Source: a virus (Duplodnaviria; Caudoviricetes). From it: DNA of 64,000 bases. The notes beneath the pieces were generated by a model. That model was not told the DNA's origin and ran no database searches. It saw only the letters and a program-made list of their open reading frames with translations. The stretch is from IMG/VR virus record IMGVR_UViG_3300044693_000261, positions 1 through 64,000 of that record. One strand, written 5' to 3'. This document shows positions 53,976 to 63,446 of the stretch, one piece after another (positions within the stretch are counted from its first letter, which is position 1; each line of letters opens with the position of its first letter). Made by a program: the position numbers and the translations under genes.

Positions 53976-56137
53976 CCCGGGCCGAGCACGCCGGCGAGTT
54001 CGCCGCTGCGCTGCTCGGTCCCCACGGCGACAGCCTCGCCGGCCACTTCGTCACCGTGTGGTCGGTGGAGGGTGATGGCAACCGGACGCGATGGATCCCG
54101 GCCGACAAGCCGGAATCCGTCGCGTCCGCCGTCGTCGAGGCGGACGAGACAGCAGGCACCCGGGCCGTGTACCTGGGCATCGCGTTGGCCGCCTCCGCAG
54201 GAGCGCACAACGAACGCATGGTCGACGACGTCGGCAAGAGACGTGGCGTGCCCGTCGCGGGTCTGCTGGGCGTCATCGCCGATATCGACATCGCCGGCCC
54301 GGGGCACGACGAGAAGCGCGTGCTGCCGCCGGATGAGGCCGCCGCGCGCCGGGTGATCGATTCGATGGGCCTGCCGCCCACGCTGATCACGCACACCGGT
54401 GGCGGGATGCACGCCTACTGGCTGTTCCCCGAGCCGTGGATCTTCGGCCAGGTCGACATCGACATGTTCGGCAAGCCCGTGGTCGACGCCGACAAGGTCG
54501 CCGCCGACCGCGCGGCGGCGGCCGACCTGCTGTGGTCCTGGGTGACAACGCTGCGGATCAACGCCCGCAGCATCGGTGGCTGGTGGGTCGACCCGGTGGG
54601 CGACCTGACCCGGGTGCTGCGGGTGCCCGGCAGCACCAACCGCAAGGTCAGCCCGGCGCGGCCGGCGGTCGTGCTGGAGCGCGACGAGGCCAACCGCTAC
54701 GACAGCGACACGCTGCTGGCGCACGTGGCGGACGCCAAGGTGCTGGAGCAGTACCGGCTCGCCGGCAAGGAGATCACCGAGGGCCTGCTGGCCGGGGTGG
54801 ACGTGACGGCGGTGTGGGCGCGGGCGACCTCGCCGGCCTACGCGGCGCGCGATCACCTGCCGCCGTGGCTGGAGCTGGTGATCGAGCTGGACGCCGACAT
54901 GGGCGACGGCAAGATCGGCGCGACCTTCGCCGGCAAGCGGCCCGACCTGCGCGGCGACCCGTCGTCGCTGGACGCCTCACTGGTGCGGCTGCTCGCTGAC
55001 GCCGAGGTCGAGCCCGAGATGATCTGCGAGGCGGTCATGTGCCGCCGGCTGCGGACCGGCGAGAAGATCGAGAAAGTGGACCCGCGCACGCGGGTCGACT
55101 ACCTCAACCGGACCGTCGGTCGGTTCATCGCCGAGTCGCGGATCAAGAAAGCCAAGCGGGAGGCCACCCTCGCCTCGGCGGCCCACACGCTGGCCGAGGC
55201 GACCGCCGAGCCCGAGCCGGAGCCTGAACTAGACGTCGGGCCGACACCGCTGACCCTGGTCGAGGAGAAGGCGGTCAGCGGCTCGGTCGACGAGGAGCCG
55301 ATCGAGGACGCACCGTCGGGCGCGCCCGACATCGACCGCGTCGACGACGACGGCACGACGCTGGCCGAGCCGGGCAAGCCGACCGAGCAGGAGCAGGCCG
55401 CACTGGCCAAGGCGACCTCGCTGTTGGCCTTCCCAGAAGGGTTCACCCTGTGGCGGGTCGAATGGCGGGAGGGCCGCCGAACCGATCAGATGCGGCTGTG
55501 GGTGTACCGATCGGCACAGACCACGCCGCCGCGCGGAATGGAGGAGTGGAAGCCGAACAGCGCGGTGCCCACCAGGTGGCACCCCAAGGAGTCCTACGAG
55601 GAACCCGGCAAGGTCTGCGGGCACCTGCTGCACGACCTGCACCTGGGCACTGGTCAGCCGCAGCGGGGATGGCGTGGCGACGGCGTCCCGCTGCTCTACC
55701 AGGTGTTGCACGAGGTGAAGGTGGGCACGCCGCGCGGCGCGATCCGAGCGGCCGTGCGGGACTACCTGGCGGCCAGTCCGCCGATCGATCAGTTCAGCGT
55801 CGCCCGCGACGCCGGCCACCCGTGGCTGATCGCCGACACCCCACACAGTGCGCCGACCGTGGCCGTGCCGGTGCCGGTGCTGCGCCGGCACCTGGCGCAG
55901 ATGGGCGAGGTATCCGTGCTTTCCCCTGAGGAGGTGGTGACGATGGCCGCCGCGATGGGCTGCGGCGTCCGTTCGGGCGTCGTGGTCGCCGAAGGCGGGC
56001 GGCCAGTGCGGGATGCCCGCACGTGGCTGGTGATCGCGCCGGGACTGTTGACCGGCGACGAGTGGCAGGACGTTCGGCTGGCTGTGGCGAACTACCGCGA
56101 CCAGCAATCCGGCGCGCACCTGCGAGCGGTCCCGTGA
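53972..56137 (+). CDS. RepB-like (AEP superfamily) primase / replication protein
   Basis: IADID, HTGGGMHAYW, RVLRVPGSTNRK, D.S..D..L helical domain, DYLNRTV. Confidence 0.8.
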   Translation: MTRAEHAGEFAAALLGPHGDSLAGHFVTVWSVEGDGNRTRWIPADKPESVASAVVEADETAGTRAVYLGIALAASAGAHNERMVDDVGKRRGVPVAGLLGVIADIDIAGPGHDEKRVLPPDEAAARRVIDSMGLPPTLITHTGGGMHAYWLFPEPWIFGQVDIDMFGKPVVDADKVAADRAAAADLLWSWVTTLRINARSIGGWWVDPVGDLTRVLRVPGSTNRKVSPARPAVVLERDEANRYDSDTLLAHVADAKVLEQYRLAGKEITEGLLAGVDVTAVWARATSPAYAARDHLPPWLELVIELDADMGDGKIGATFAGKRPDLRGDPSSLDASLVRLLADAEVEPEMICEAVMCRRLRTGEKIEKVDPRTRVDYLNRTVGRFIAESRIKKAKREATLASAAHTLAEATAEPEPEPELDVGPTPLTLVEEKAVSGSVDEEPIEDAPSGAPDIDRVDDDGTTLAEPGKPTEQEQAALAKATSLLAFPEGFTLWRVEWREGRRTDQMRLWVYRSAQTTPPRGMEEWKPNSAVPTRWHPKESYEEPGKVCGHLLHDLHLGTGQPQRGWRGDGVPLLYQVLHEVKVGTPRGAIRAAVRDYLAASPPIDQFSVARDAGHPWLIADTPHSAPTVAVPVPVLRRHLAQMGEVSVLSPEEVVTMAAAMGCGVRSGVVVAEGGRPVRDARTWLVIAPGLLTGDEWQDVRLAVANYRDQQSGAHLRAVP

Positions 56138-56961
56138 CCGCCATCCCAATCGGGGTCGCCGTGCGACCGCCGACCTCGGTGGCCGACAGCGTGCACGCCA
56201 TGACGGCGCTGCTCGTGCAGGGCCGCATCGGCGGCTGCATCGCCTGTCACGGATCGTCGGTGTGGTGGCTGCCGGACGGCTTTACCGACGGTGCGAGCGT
56301 GTGCGTGCACCCGCGCTGTGTGCCGACCTTCTACGCCATGGAGGAGTTCGACGACGCGCCGTCAGTCGGACCGGTCAAGCCGATGGGCGCGTACGCCGCG
56401 ATGGGCGCGCCGGTCGCGGTCGAGTCGGCGGTGCCGCTGCGGCGCACCCTCGAATGGGCCTATGACGATCCGCGCCGGTGGATGGTGCGCGTAGAGGGCG
56501 TCGTGACCAGCTGGGCCACGCCGTTCGGCAGCGACATCCACGCCGTGGCGCTGTACGAGCGGATGCGCCTGCTGGCCGAGCGCGGCCTGTCGGCGAACCC
56601 GCACTGGCACAACCAGATCGTCGGGGTGGCGCTGCTCGGCCCCGAGGGCGGCGTGATGGGCTCGTGGATCGCCGACAAGGGGTGTTGGTTCGAGGATGGC
56701 AAGGAGCGCTGGCCCAGCCTGAGCCGGCGCGGGGTGTTCACGACCTGCTCGGCCTGCCGGGCGGTGCGCTGGCCGAGCTGCTGGATGGACGGTCGCGACC
56801 GCTGCCTGGACTGCGTGCGCGCCGATGATCCGGCCGACGATCCGCGCCCGTACTGGCCGGACGATCCCAACCCTCCGCCCGAGTCCGTCTGGCCCGAGCA
56901 CCTGCGGTCCGCCTACAAGCCGAAGCGGCTCGGTCTGCCGAAGGGGATGCGCGGACACTAG
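56134..56961 (+). CDS. hypothetical protein with Cys motifs
   Basis: GTGA overlap; CIAC, CSAC, CLDC. Confidence 0.6.
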   Translation: MTAIPIGVAVRPPTSVADSVHAMTALLVQGRIGGCIACHGSSVWWLPDGFTDGASVCVHPRCVPTFYAMEEFDDAPSVGPVKPMGAYAAMGAPVAVESAVPLRRTLEWAYDDPRRWMVRVEGVVTSWATPFGSDIHAVALYERMRLLAERGLSANPHWHNQIVGVALLGPEGGVMGSWIADKGCWFEDGKERWPSLSRRGVFTTCSACRAVRWPSCWMDGRDRCLDCVRADDPADDPRPYWPDDPNPPPESVWPEHLRSAYKPKRLGLPKGMRGH

Positions 56962-56999
56962 ACTGGCTATGCTTTACCTGTTCCGACGAGAGGAGACCC

Positions 57000-57821
57000 G
57001 TGTCCGTCAATCTGCTGTGGTTCGACGCCGAGACCGGCGGCTTGGACCTGGACAACGACAACGTGCTGGAGGTGGCGTGGACCGTCACCGACCACGACGG
57101 CAACCAGCTCACGCCGCTGCGCCAGCACCTCGTGCACCTCACGCCGCCCGGCAGCGACCGCCCCGACGTGCACCCGGCCAACGCGTTCGCCTGGGTCAAC
57201 CGCGCGCCGGCGCTGGTGCAGGAGATGCACGAGCGGTCCGGCCTGGCCGCCCAGTACCGCGCCGCCTATCCGCACATGGTCACCACCGACGCGAGCCTGA
57301 TCGAGGAGTCGATCCGCCTCGACCTCGAAGCCGCGACCCGTGCGCACGCCGCGCGCGGCGACACCCCGGTCAGCCGGAGCTACCTCGCCGGCGCGGGCGT
57401 CAGCCACTTCGATCACGAGCTGCTGGCCATCCACACGCCGCAGTTGGCCGGTCGCGGCGGCCTGCTGCACTACCGCGACATCGACGTGTCGGTGGCGCTG
57501 TGCACGCTGACCGGCGGCGACCACGAGGGCGGTTCGACCAGCCTCGACGACGTCGTACTGGTCCGCACGCTGGACTACATCTACGCCCAGACCGAGGCGC
57601 TGTACGACAGCCAGCACGCCGCCGGCCTGATCGAGCGCGTCACGCACGTCACCAGCTCGATGGACATGCTGCCCAGCGCCGAGGAGTTCGAGGGCATCGA
57701 GAAGATCGTGCAGGCCGACGAGGCTCCGCACCGCGCCGGTCCGGACGTGATCCGCGCGCTGGTGCTGTTCCGACTGCTGCGCGGCCACCGACAAGCGATA
57801 CAGACAGGCGGTGATCGGTGA
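57000..57821 (+). CDS. oligoribonuclease (Orn)-like DEDDh exonuclease
   Basis: WFDAETGGLD, LEVA..VTD, EMHERSGL, LAG.GV.HFD, LHYRDIDVS, HRAGPDV. Confidence 0.85.
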   Translation: MSVNLLWFDAETGGLDLDNDNVLEVAWTVTDHDGNQLTPLRQHLVHLTPPGSDRPDVHPANAFAWVNRAPALVQEMHERSGLAAQYRAAYPHMVTTDASLIEESIRLDLEAATRAHAARGDTPVSRSYLAGAGVSHFDHELLAIHTPQLAGRGGLLHYRDIDVSVALCTLTGGDHEGGSTSLDDVVLVRTLDYIYAQTEALYDSQHAAGLIERVTHVTSSMDMLPSAEEFEGIEKIVQADEAPHRAGPDVIRALVLFRLLRGHRQAIQTGGDR

Positions 57822-58438
57822 TGGGTTTCGTCGTCACCACCCTATTCTGCGCGCTGGTCGCCATCGGGCTGTGGGTGTACGGCCGTCGCGCCCGACGCGA
57901 CAACGAACACCTACGCGCCCAGCTGGCCAAGCTGATCGAGGCCAGACATCCGGGCTTGGTCGTTCCGCCGGGCATGCAGTACGTGCCGATCACGCCAGCC
58001 GACCCGCCGCCGCCACCGGGAATGGATCCGGCGACGCGTCCTGTGGCCGCCTACCGCTCGCGCCGACAGCCCGAGGGTGTCTGGGTGGTCGCCGGCACGT
58101 GGTCGGAGCAGCCGGTCGAGGTCGTGCCGAGCGCGGCGGCGGCCGAGCTGCTGGCCTACTGGATGTCGTGCGACGAGGTGTGCGTGACCCACGAGGTGCG
58201 CTACCTGTCGCGTGGCGAGACCAACCCGATCGCGCCGCAGGTCAACCGGCGCGTCAAGGCGCTCGCCGCGTGGGCGGTGACGGCCACGGTAGCCGGCAGG
58301 CTGGAGGCATTGCCGCCAGGCAATCCGCTCGCGCCGCTGCCGCCCGAGGTGGTCGAGAAGTTCCGGCGGGACTTCGCCGACCTCCAGCACCGTCGGCAGC
58401 GGCTGGAAGCCGACATGCACCATCGGAACGAGCCATGA
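57818..58438 (+). CDS. membrane-anchored hypothetical protein
   Basis: N-terminal TM segment. Confidence 0.6.
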   Translation: MMGFVVTTLFCALVAIGLWVYGRRARRDNEHLRAQLAKLIEARHPGLVVPPGMQYVPITPADPPPPPGMDPATRPVAAYRSRRQPEGVWVVAGTWSEQPVEVVPSAAAAELLAYWMSCDEVCVTHEVRYLSRGETNPIAPQVNRRVKALAAWAVTATVAGRLEALPPGNPLAPLPPEVVEKFRRDFADLQHRRQRLEADMHHRNEP

Positions 58439-58650
58439 GCACCCTTCCGCCGGTGGTGTGGCTGCTCTTGGCGGGCGTGGCCGCCGTGCTGATCCTGGCC
58501 GCTGTGGACGCCTACGAGCAGCGCAACGCCGAGCGGCACGAGGAGTTCCTGGCGACGCTGGCGCGCCTGCGTACGGCGACCACGGCGGGTAGGCACGCGC
58601 TGCCCGAGGATCCCCCGACCGAGACGATTCCGACCGTTGCCGTGTCGTAG
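58435..58650 (+). CDS. small membrane protein
   Basis: ATGA overlap, one TM segment. Confidence 0.55.
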   Translation: MSTLPPVVWLLLAGVAAVLILAAVDAYEQRNAERHEEFLATLARLRTATTAGRHALPEDPPTETIPTVAVS

Positions 58651-58790
58651 GACACCGGCTATGCTTGGGTCGTTCCGGCAATAACTACAGCTTCCGCCGG
58701 TGCCGGGGTGTTTCGGCGCTGCCTCCTCCCGATGAGGCAGCGCCTCGTGTCCCCCGACACCGGCGGTTCCCACGTTCAGGGAGGTCAACG

Positions 58791-59009
58791 ATGACGGGTG
58801 TGCTTTCCGGCTTCCGGGTCGGCCAAGAGTGGCGGTTCAATGGCCCCGGCGCGAGTCGGGACGTGGAGATCGGCAGCGTCGACGCCACGCACGCGCACGG
58901 CAAGGTGATTCGCATCGACCGCCAGCGGCTGCCCGTCGACCGCCAGCACGACACCTCGGTCGCGATCGTCGCGCTGGCCACCAACTGGCATCTGATCAAG
59001 GACGCGTAG
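58791..59009 (+). CDS. small hypothetical protein
   Basis: GGGAGG RBS. Confidence 0.55.
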   Translation: MTGVLSGFRVGQEWRFNGPGASRDVEIGSVDATHAHGKVIRIDRQRLPVDRQHDTSVAIVALATNWHLIKDA

Positions 59010-59011
59010 CC

Positions 59012-59266
59012 GTGGACCAGCGCAAGGCCCGCAAACTCGTCGCTGAGACGGTGGCCGCCTTCGCCCGCGAGCGGGCCACCGCGTTCGCCGGCAACACGGG
59101 CGCGACCAACGCCCTGGAGTACTCCGCCGACGACCGCGACCGGCTCTACCGCGCCTTCGACGCGCTCGCGTCCGAACTGGCCCGGCGCGCCGGCTTGCCG
59201 CACCTTCCCGCACCGATCGACCCCGATCAGATCTCCCTATTCGACGAAAGCGAGGCCACTCCGTGA
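59012..59266 (+). CDS. small hypothetical protein ending in QISLF (beta-clamp-binding-like motif)
   Basis: AAGG RBS; DQISLFDE near the C-terminus. Confidence 0.55.
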   Translation: MDQRKARKLVAETVAAFARERATAFAGNTGATNALEYSADDRDRLYRAFDALASELARRAGLPHLPAPIDPDQISLFDESEATP

Positions 59267-59608
59267 AGCGCGCCACCGACTGGTTCTTGATCATCGCTGC
59301 ACTGGCACTGTTCCTCGGCGGCGTGGCCAGTCTGTTCCTGTGGGACTGGCGCTACATCGCCGGCGGCGTAATCGGCGCGGTCTGCTCCGCCATCGCCAAG
59401 GCTGCCGTGGAAGGCCCGGATCGTCGATGATCTGGGGCTGGCTGGCGGTGATCGCCGCGACCACCAATCTGGTCACGACGGCCGTCATTGACCGTCGGCG
59501 GCACAACGTCGCGAACTGGTGGATCCTGACCAGCGTCGGCCTGCTCAGTGGCAGCCTGGTCCTGTTCGCGCTCGCATGGATGGCAGTCATCGGCGGCCGG
59601 GGCGCGTC

Positions 59609-60508
59609 GTGACCGAAGTGTCGGGCCCGGACCGTACGGTCGTCCACATGAGACCGTTGCCGTCGGGCGAGGTGTGGTCGCCCTCGCGGGCCCGCAAGTA
59701 CCAGCAGTGCCCCCGAGCGTGGTGGTTGAGCTACCGCAGCGGGATCGAGGGCACGCCGCCGCCGGTGCATTGGCGGCGGGGCAGCGTCGCGCACGCCGCG
59801 CTGGAGGCGGTCTACGACACGGTCGCCCAGCTGGAGCGGCTGCCCTGGCCGGGCGTCACCTGCGAGGTGTTCTACCCGATCGCCGAGCACGCCCTGCACG
59901 TCGCCTGGCGCGAGCACGAGATGCCCGACGACAACGCCATGCGCGACACCCTGCTGGAGCAGCTGCGGATCGTGCTGGCCGACCAGTTGATGCCGCATCC
60001 CAGCTCGATCCTCGGCGTCGAGCTGGAGCTGTCCGGCGTGATCGAGCACCCCGCCGGCTCGGTGCCGGTCCGAGGGCTGGTCGACGTGGCGTTGCGGTTG
60101 GCCGAGGACTGGCTGCACGTGCGCGACTGGAAGACCTACAGCACCATCCCGTCCAAGGAGGAGCTGCGCGGCGACCTCCAGCTGGGCACCTATGCGCTGC
60201 TGGCGGCCCGGCGGTTCCCGTGGGCTCGGCGGGTGTCGGCCAGCATCTACAGCGTGCCCAAGGCGTTTGAGCGCGATGTGACGTTCACGCCGTACGACCT
60301 GGACGTGATCGCCGAGCGCCTGGCCGACATCGCGCACACGGCGAACGCGGACGAGGAGTGTGTGCCGCAGCCGTCCGAGTGGTGCGACACCTGCTCACAC
60401 AAGGAGCACTGCCCGATCTTCGCTCCGGACGTGCCCATCGGACCCGCGACGGACACGAAGCTGATCACTAACATGCGCGCCGCCGTCTACGACCTGGAGG
60501 GTTTTTGA
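59609..60508 (+). CDS. RecB-like PD-(D/E)XK nuclease (Cas4/AddB-like Cys cluster)
   Basis: SPSR...Y.QCPR, RGS..H.ALE, RGLVD, RDWKT, QLGTYA, C..C.....CP. Confidence 0.88.
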   Translation: MTEVSGPDRTVVHMRPLPSGEVWSPSRARKYQQCPRAWWLSYRSGIEGTPPPVHWRRGSVAHAALEAVYDTVAQLERLPWPGVTCEVFYPIAEHALHVAWREHEMPDDNAMRDTLLEQLRIVLADQLMPHPSSILGVELELSGVIEHPAGSVPVRGLVDVALRLAEDWLHVRDWKTYSTIPSKEELRGDLQLGTYALLAARRFPWARRVSASIYSVPKAFERDVTFTPYDLDVIAERLADIAHTANADEECVPQPSEWCDTCSHKEHCPIFAPDVPIGPATDTKLITNMRAAVYDLEGF

Positions 60509-60510
60509 TC

Positions 60511-60702
60511 ATGTGCACACGATGCGAGAGTGCCGAGGCGTCCGGTACGGAGGTGTCCGAGGCGGCCTGTATGGACGTCGTGTCGGACTGCCCCGAGTGC
60601 AAGTCGGTGAACTCGGTGAGCATTGGTCCGGTGTCGCCGAATCCGGAGTCGGGCGACGTCGCTGACTGCGACGTCTGCGGCTGGCAGTCGGAGACATTCT
60701 AG
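60511..60702 (+). CDS. small zinc-ribbon protein
   Basis: CTRC, CPEC, CDVC; GGAGG RBS. Confidence 0.5.
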   Translation: MCTRCESAEASGTEVSEAACMDVVSDCPECKSVNSVSIGPVSPNPESGDVADCDVCGWQSETF

Positions 60703-60797
60703 TCCATAAAGGACTACGCAGAGTGCGTGTAGACGACACGCGGAAACGCCCCTAGCATACCCGGCAGACGACGACCGGTAAGACCTGGAGGACCACA

Positions 60798-62672
60798 GTG
60801 GACAATCGGCTTTCCATAGCCACACTGCACACCCTCGTTCGAGGCAGGGTTCAGCGGATCTGGGGGCCGCCCGGCTGCGGCAAGACGACCACCCTGGCCA
60901 ACCGCACGCTCGCGACGGTCCGTGAACGCGGCCCCGAGTCGACCATGATTGTCAGTTTCACCACCACGGCGGCCGCCGCCATCGCCGACGCCGTCAATGA
61001 GGCGGCGCTGCGCTCGGGCACCGGTATCGCCATCCCCGACCGCAACATCGGCACCCTGCACAGTCTCGGCTTCCGCGCGATCGGCACACCGGACGTCGCC
61101 CTGGACCCGAAGAAGATCACCGGATGGAACGACACCTGCCCGGCCGACTGGCGCATTCGACCGGACGGTCGGCGGTCCACACCGGACATGGCCGCCGAGA
61201 CCGGCATGCTCGGCGGGGCCGAGGCGCTGGAGGAGGTGCGCAGCGGCGATGCGCTGCTCGGCCAGATGGAGCTGCTGCGGGCCACGCTCACGCCCGAGGA
61301 GGACTGGCCGCAGCGGGTGCGCTCCTTCGCCACCCGCTGGGACGAGTGGAAGCGGGACAACGGCCTGGCCGACTTCGGCGACATGATCCTGGGCGCGCTC
61401 GACCGGGCGCTGGACGGCGAGCCCGCGCCAGGGCGGCCCGAGGTGTTCATCGTCGACGAGGCGCAGGACTTGACCCCGGCCGAGCTGGCGCTGGCGTTCC
61501 TGTGGGGCGGCGCGGCCGGCGTCACCGTGCTCGCCTTCGACGACGACCAGAGCATCAACGCCTGGCGCGGCGCGGACGCCTCGCCGCTGCTGCGGCTGGG
61601 TACCGACGAGAACGGCCAGCCTCGTGGCGACGTCGAGATCGTCGACCGGGTGCTGGAGCAGTCCTACCGCATCCCCTCCAGCGTGCACAGCGTTGCCGAG
61701 CGCTGGGTGCACCGCATCCCGCCCAACGCCCGACACGAGAAGGTCTACAACCCGCGCGCCGAGGTCGGACACTGCTACACCGCTGGCCTGACGCTGAACG
61801 ACCCTCGGCTGATCAGCCACATCCGCGAGGACGTCGAAGCCGGCCGCAGCGTCATGGTCATCGCGTCCTGCGGCTACATGCTGACCCCGGTGCTCACCGG
61901 ACTGCGTCAGCAGGGCATCCCGTTCGCCAACCGGTACCGGCCCGCCGAGCCGCGCTGGAATCCGCTGCGCCGCCCGGCCAAGGGCCTGGGCCTGGCCGAG
62001 CGGGTCTACCGCTACCTGGTCGTCGACCAGTCGCTACCCGAGCGGACGTTGTACGACCGGCACGGCGAGCCCGCCGGCACCGAGCAGCGCTGGCGGTACT
62101 GGACCGGCGACGACATCCGGGCATGGTTGCCGCTGGTGCGCACCTTCGGCGAGGGCCGAGTGCGCATCCTGGCCAACGGGGCCAAGAGCAGGGCCGAGAC
62201 GCTGCCCGACGGTCCGGTGCCGTGGCCGCTGATCGCCGACTTGTTCACCGACGTCACCGCGCTGGAATGGGCCGTGGCCCCCGACATCGAGTTCCTGGCG
62301 GCCAACGCGATCAACGCCGAGACCCGCAAGAAGCTGGAATACCCGGCGCAGGTGGTGCGCACCTTCGGCGCGGCCGCGCTCGACGAGGAGCCGCTGGTCA
62401 CGATCGGCACCATCCACAGCGTCAAGGGCGGCGGCGCGGACGTCGTCTACCTCGCGCCCGACCTGTCCACCGCCGGCGCGACCCAGTGGTACTCGACCGA
62501 TGAGGGCGAGCGCGACCAGATCATCCGTCTGTTCTACGTCGGCCTGACTCGGGCTAAGCAGCGCGTCGTGGTGCTCAACGCCTGCGGCCAGCACACGGTG
62601 CCGCGCCGCATGCTGGTGCCGGTAGAGCTGGAGGTCCGCGACCTGCCGGAGGTCGCCAGTGTCAGCGCCTGA
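60798..62672 (+). CDS. UvrD/Rep-family SF1 helicase
   Basis: GPPGCGKTT, SFT, GTLHS, VDEAQD, DDDQSI..WRGA, LEQSYR, TIHSVKGG, FYVGLTRAK. Confidence 0.92.
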   Translation: MDNRLSIATLHTLVRGRVQRIWGPPGCGKTTTLANRTLATVRERGPESTMIVSFTTTAAAAIADAVNEAALRSGTGIAIPDRNIGTLHSLGFRAIGTPDVALDPKKITGWNDTCPADWRIRPDGRRSTPDMAAETGMLGGAEALEEVRSGDALLGQMELLRATLTPEEDWPQRVRSFATRWDEWKRDNGLADFGDMILGALDRALDGEPAPGRPEVFIVDEAQDLTPAELALAFLWGGAAGVTVLAFDDDQSINAWRGADASPLLRLGTDENGQPRGDVEIVDRVLEQSYRIPSSVHSVAERWVHRIPPNARHEKVYNPRAEVGHCYTAGLTLNDPRLISHIREDVEAGRSVMVIASCGYMLTPVLTGLRQQGIPFANRYRPAEPRWNPLRRPAKGLGLAERVYRYLVVDQSLPERTLYDRHGEPAGTEQRWRYWTGDDIRAWLPLVRTFGEGRVRILANGAKSRAETLPDGPVPWPLIADLFTDVTALEWAVAPDIEFLAANAINAETRKKLEYPAQVVRTFGAAALDEEPLVTIGTIHSVKGGGADVVYLAPDLSTAGATQWYSTDEGERDQIIRLFYVGLTRAKQRVVVLNACGQHTVPRRMLVPVELEVRDLPEVASVSA

Positions 62673-63174
62673 TGACCATGTCCGATGGGACGAGGACACC
62701 ACGCTGCCCGTGGTGCGGGACGTCAGTCTGCCCGATGACGTGGCGCTGGTGATGCCGCGCGGCGTCACCGTCGGCGTCGAGGACGAGACGCCCGCTGTGG
62801 TGCGGCCACGCGCTACGCGGCAACGCGGCACCGGGACCGCGCGTCACCGTAGCGAGGCGGACATCCAGGCCGCCTACGTGGCGCGGCTGAAGCACCTGGA
62901 CGGCTACGTGATCGTGACCACGGGGTCGCGGTATCTGCCGACCGGCACACCGGACACCCTGGGTTGCTACCGGGGGCGCATGGTCGTTGTGGAGATCAAG
63001 CGGCCGGGCGAACGCCCGACCGGAGCGCAGTTGGGTCAACTGCGACGCTGGCAGCTGGCCGGCGCGCTGGTGGCGTGGATCGATAACGAGAGACAGCTCG
63101 ACGACGTGCTGTCGCACGTGAACGACCTGGAGTGGGTTAACGACCTATCCAGACCAGGTGATGGGAGAAGCTAG
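62659..63174 (+). CDS. VRR-NUC domain nuclease / resolvase
   Basis: SEADIQ, GTPD, VEIKRPG..PT..Q. Confidence 0.85.
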   Translation: MSAPDDHVRWDEDTTLPVVRDVSLPDDVALVMPRGVTVGVEDETPAVVRPRATRQRGTGTARHRSEADIQAAYVARLKHLDGYVIVTTGSRYLPTGTPDTLGCYRGRMVVVEIKRPGERPTGAQLGQLRRWQLAGALVAWIDNERQLDDVLSHVNDLEWVNDLSRPGDGRS

Positions 63175-63446
63175 TGACCGCCATGGGTGCGGGCGCGACG
63201 CCCCCGGAGGTGACCGTCTTGTCGGTCGCGCCGGGGGCGTCGACGTCTCTGGAGCGTAGCGAGAAGCGACTGATTGACAGCGCTCTGCGATTGGGCGAGT
63301 TCGTGGAGGTCACGCCGCCGGTGCTGCGTCTGATCACCAAGCTGAACAAGCTGACCAAGGGTCGACTCGGCGGCCGCATGCTCGCCCTGCTGGACGCCGT
63401 GCACGACGTGCGGTTCTGGCGCGCCAGGCAGGGCGAGAACAGCTAG
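63174..63446 (+). CDS. hypothetical protein
   Basis: Last plus-strand ORF, overlapping the holin stop. Confidence 0.45.
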   Translation: MTAMGAGATPPEVTVLSVAPGASTSLERSEKRLIDSALRLGEFVEVTPPVLRLITKLNKLTKGRLGGRMLALLDAVHDVRFWRARQGENS

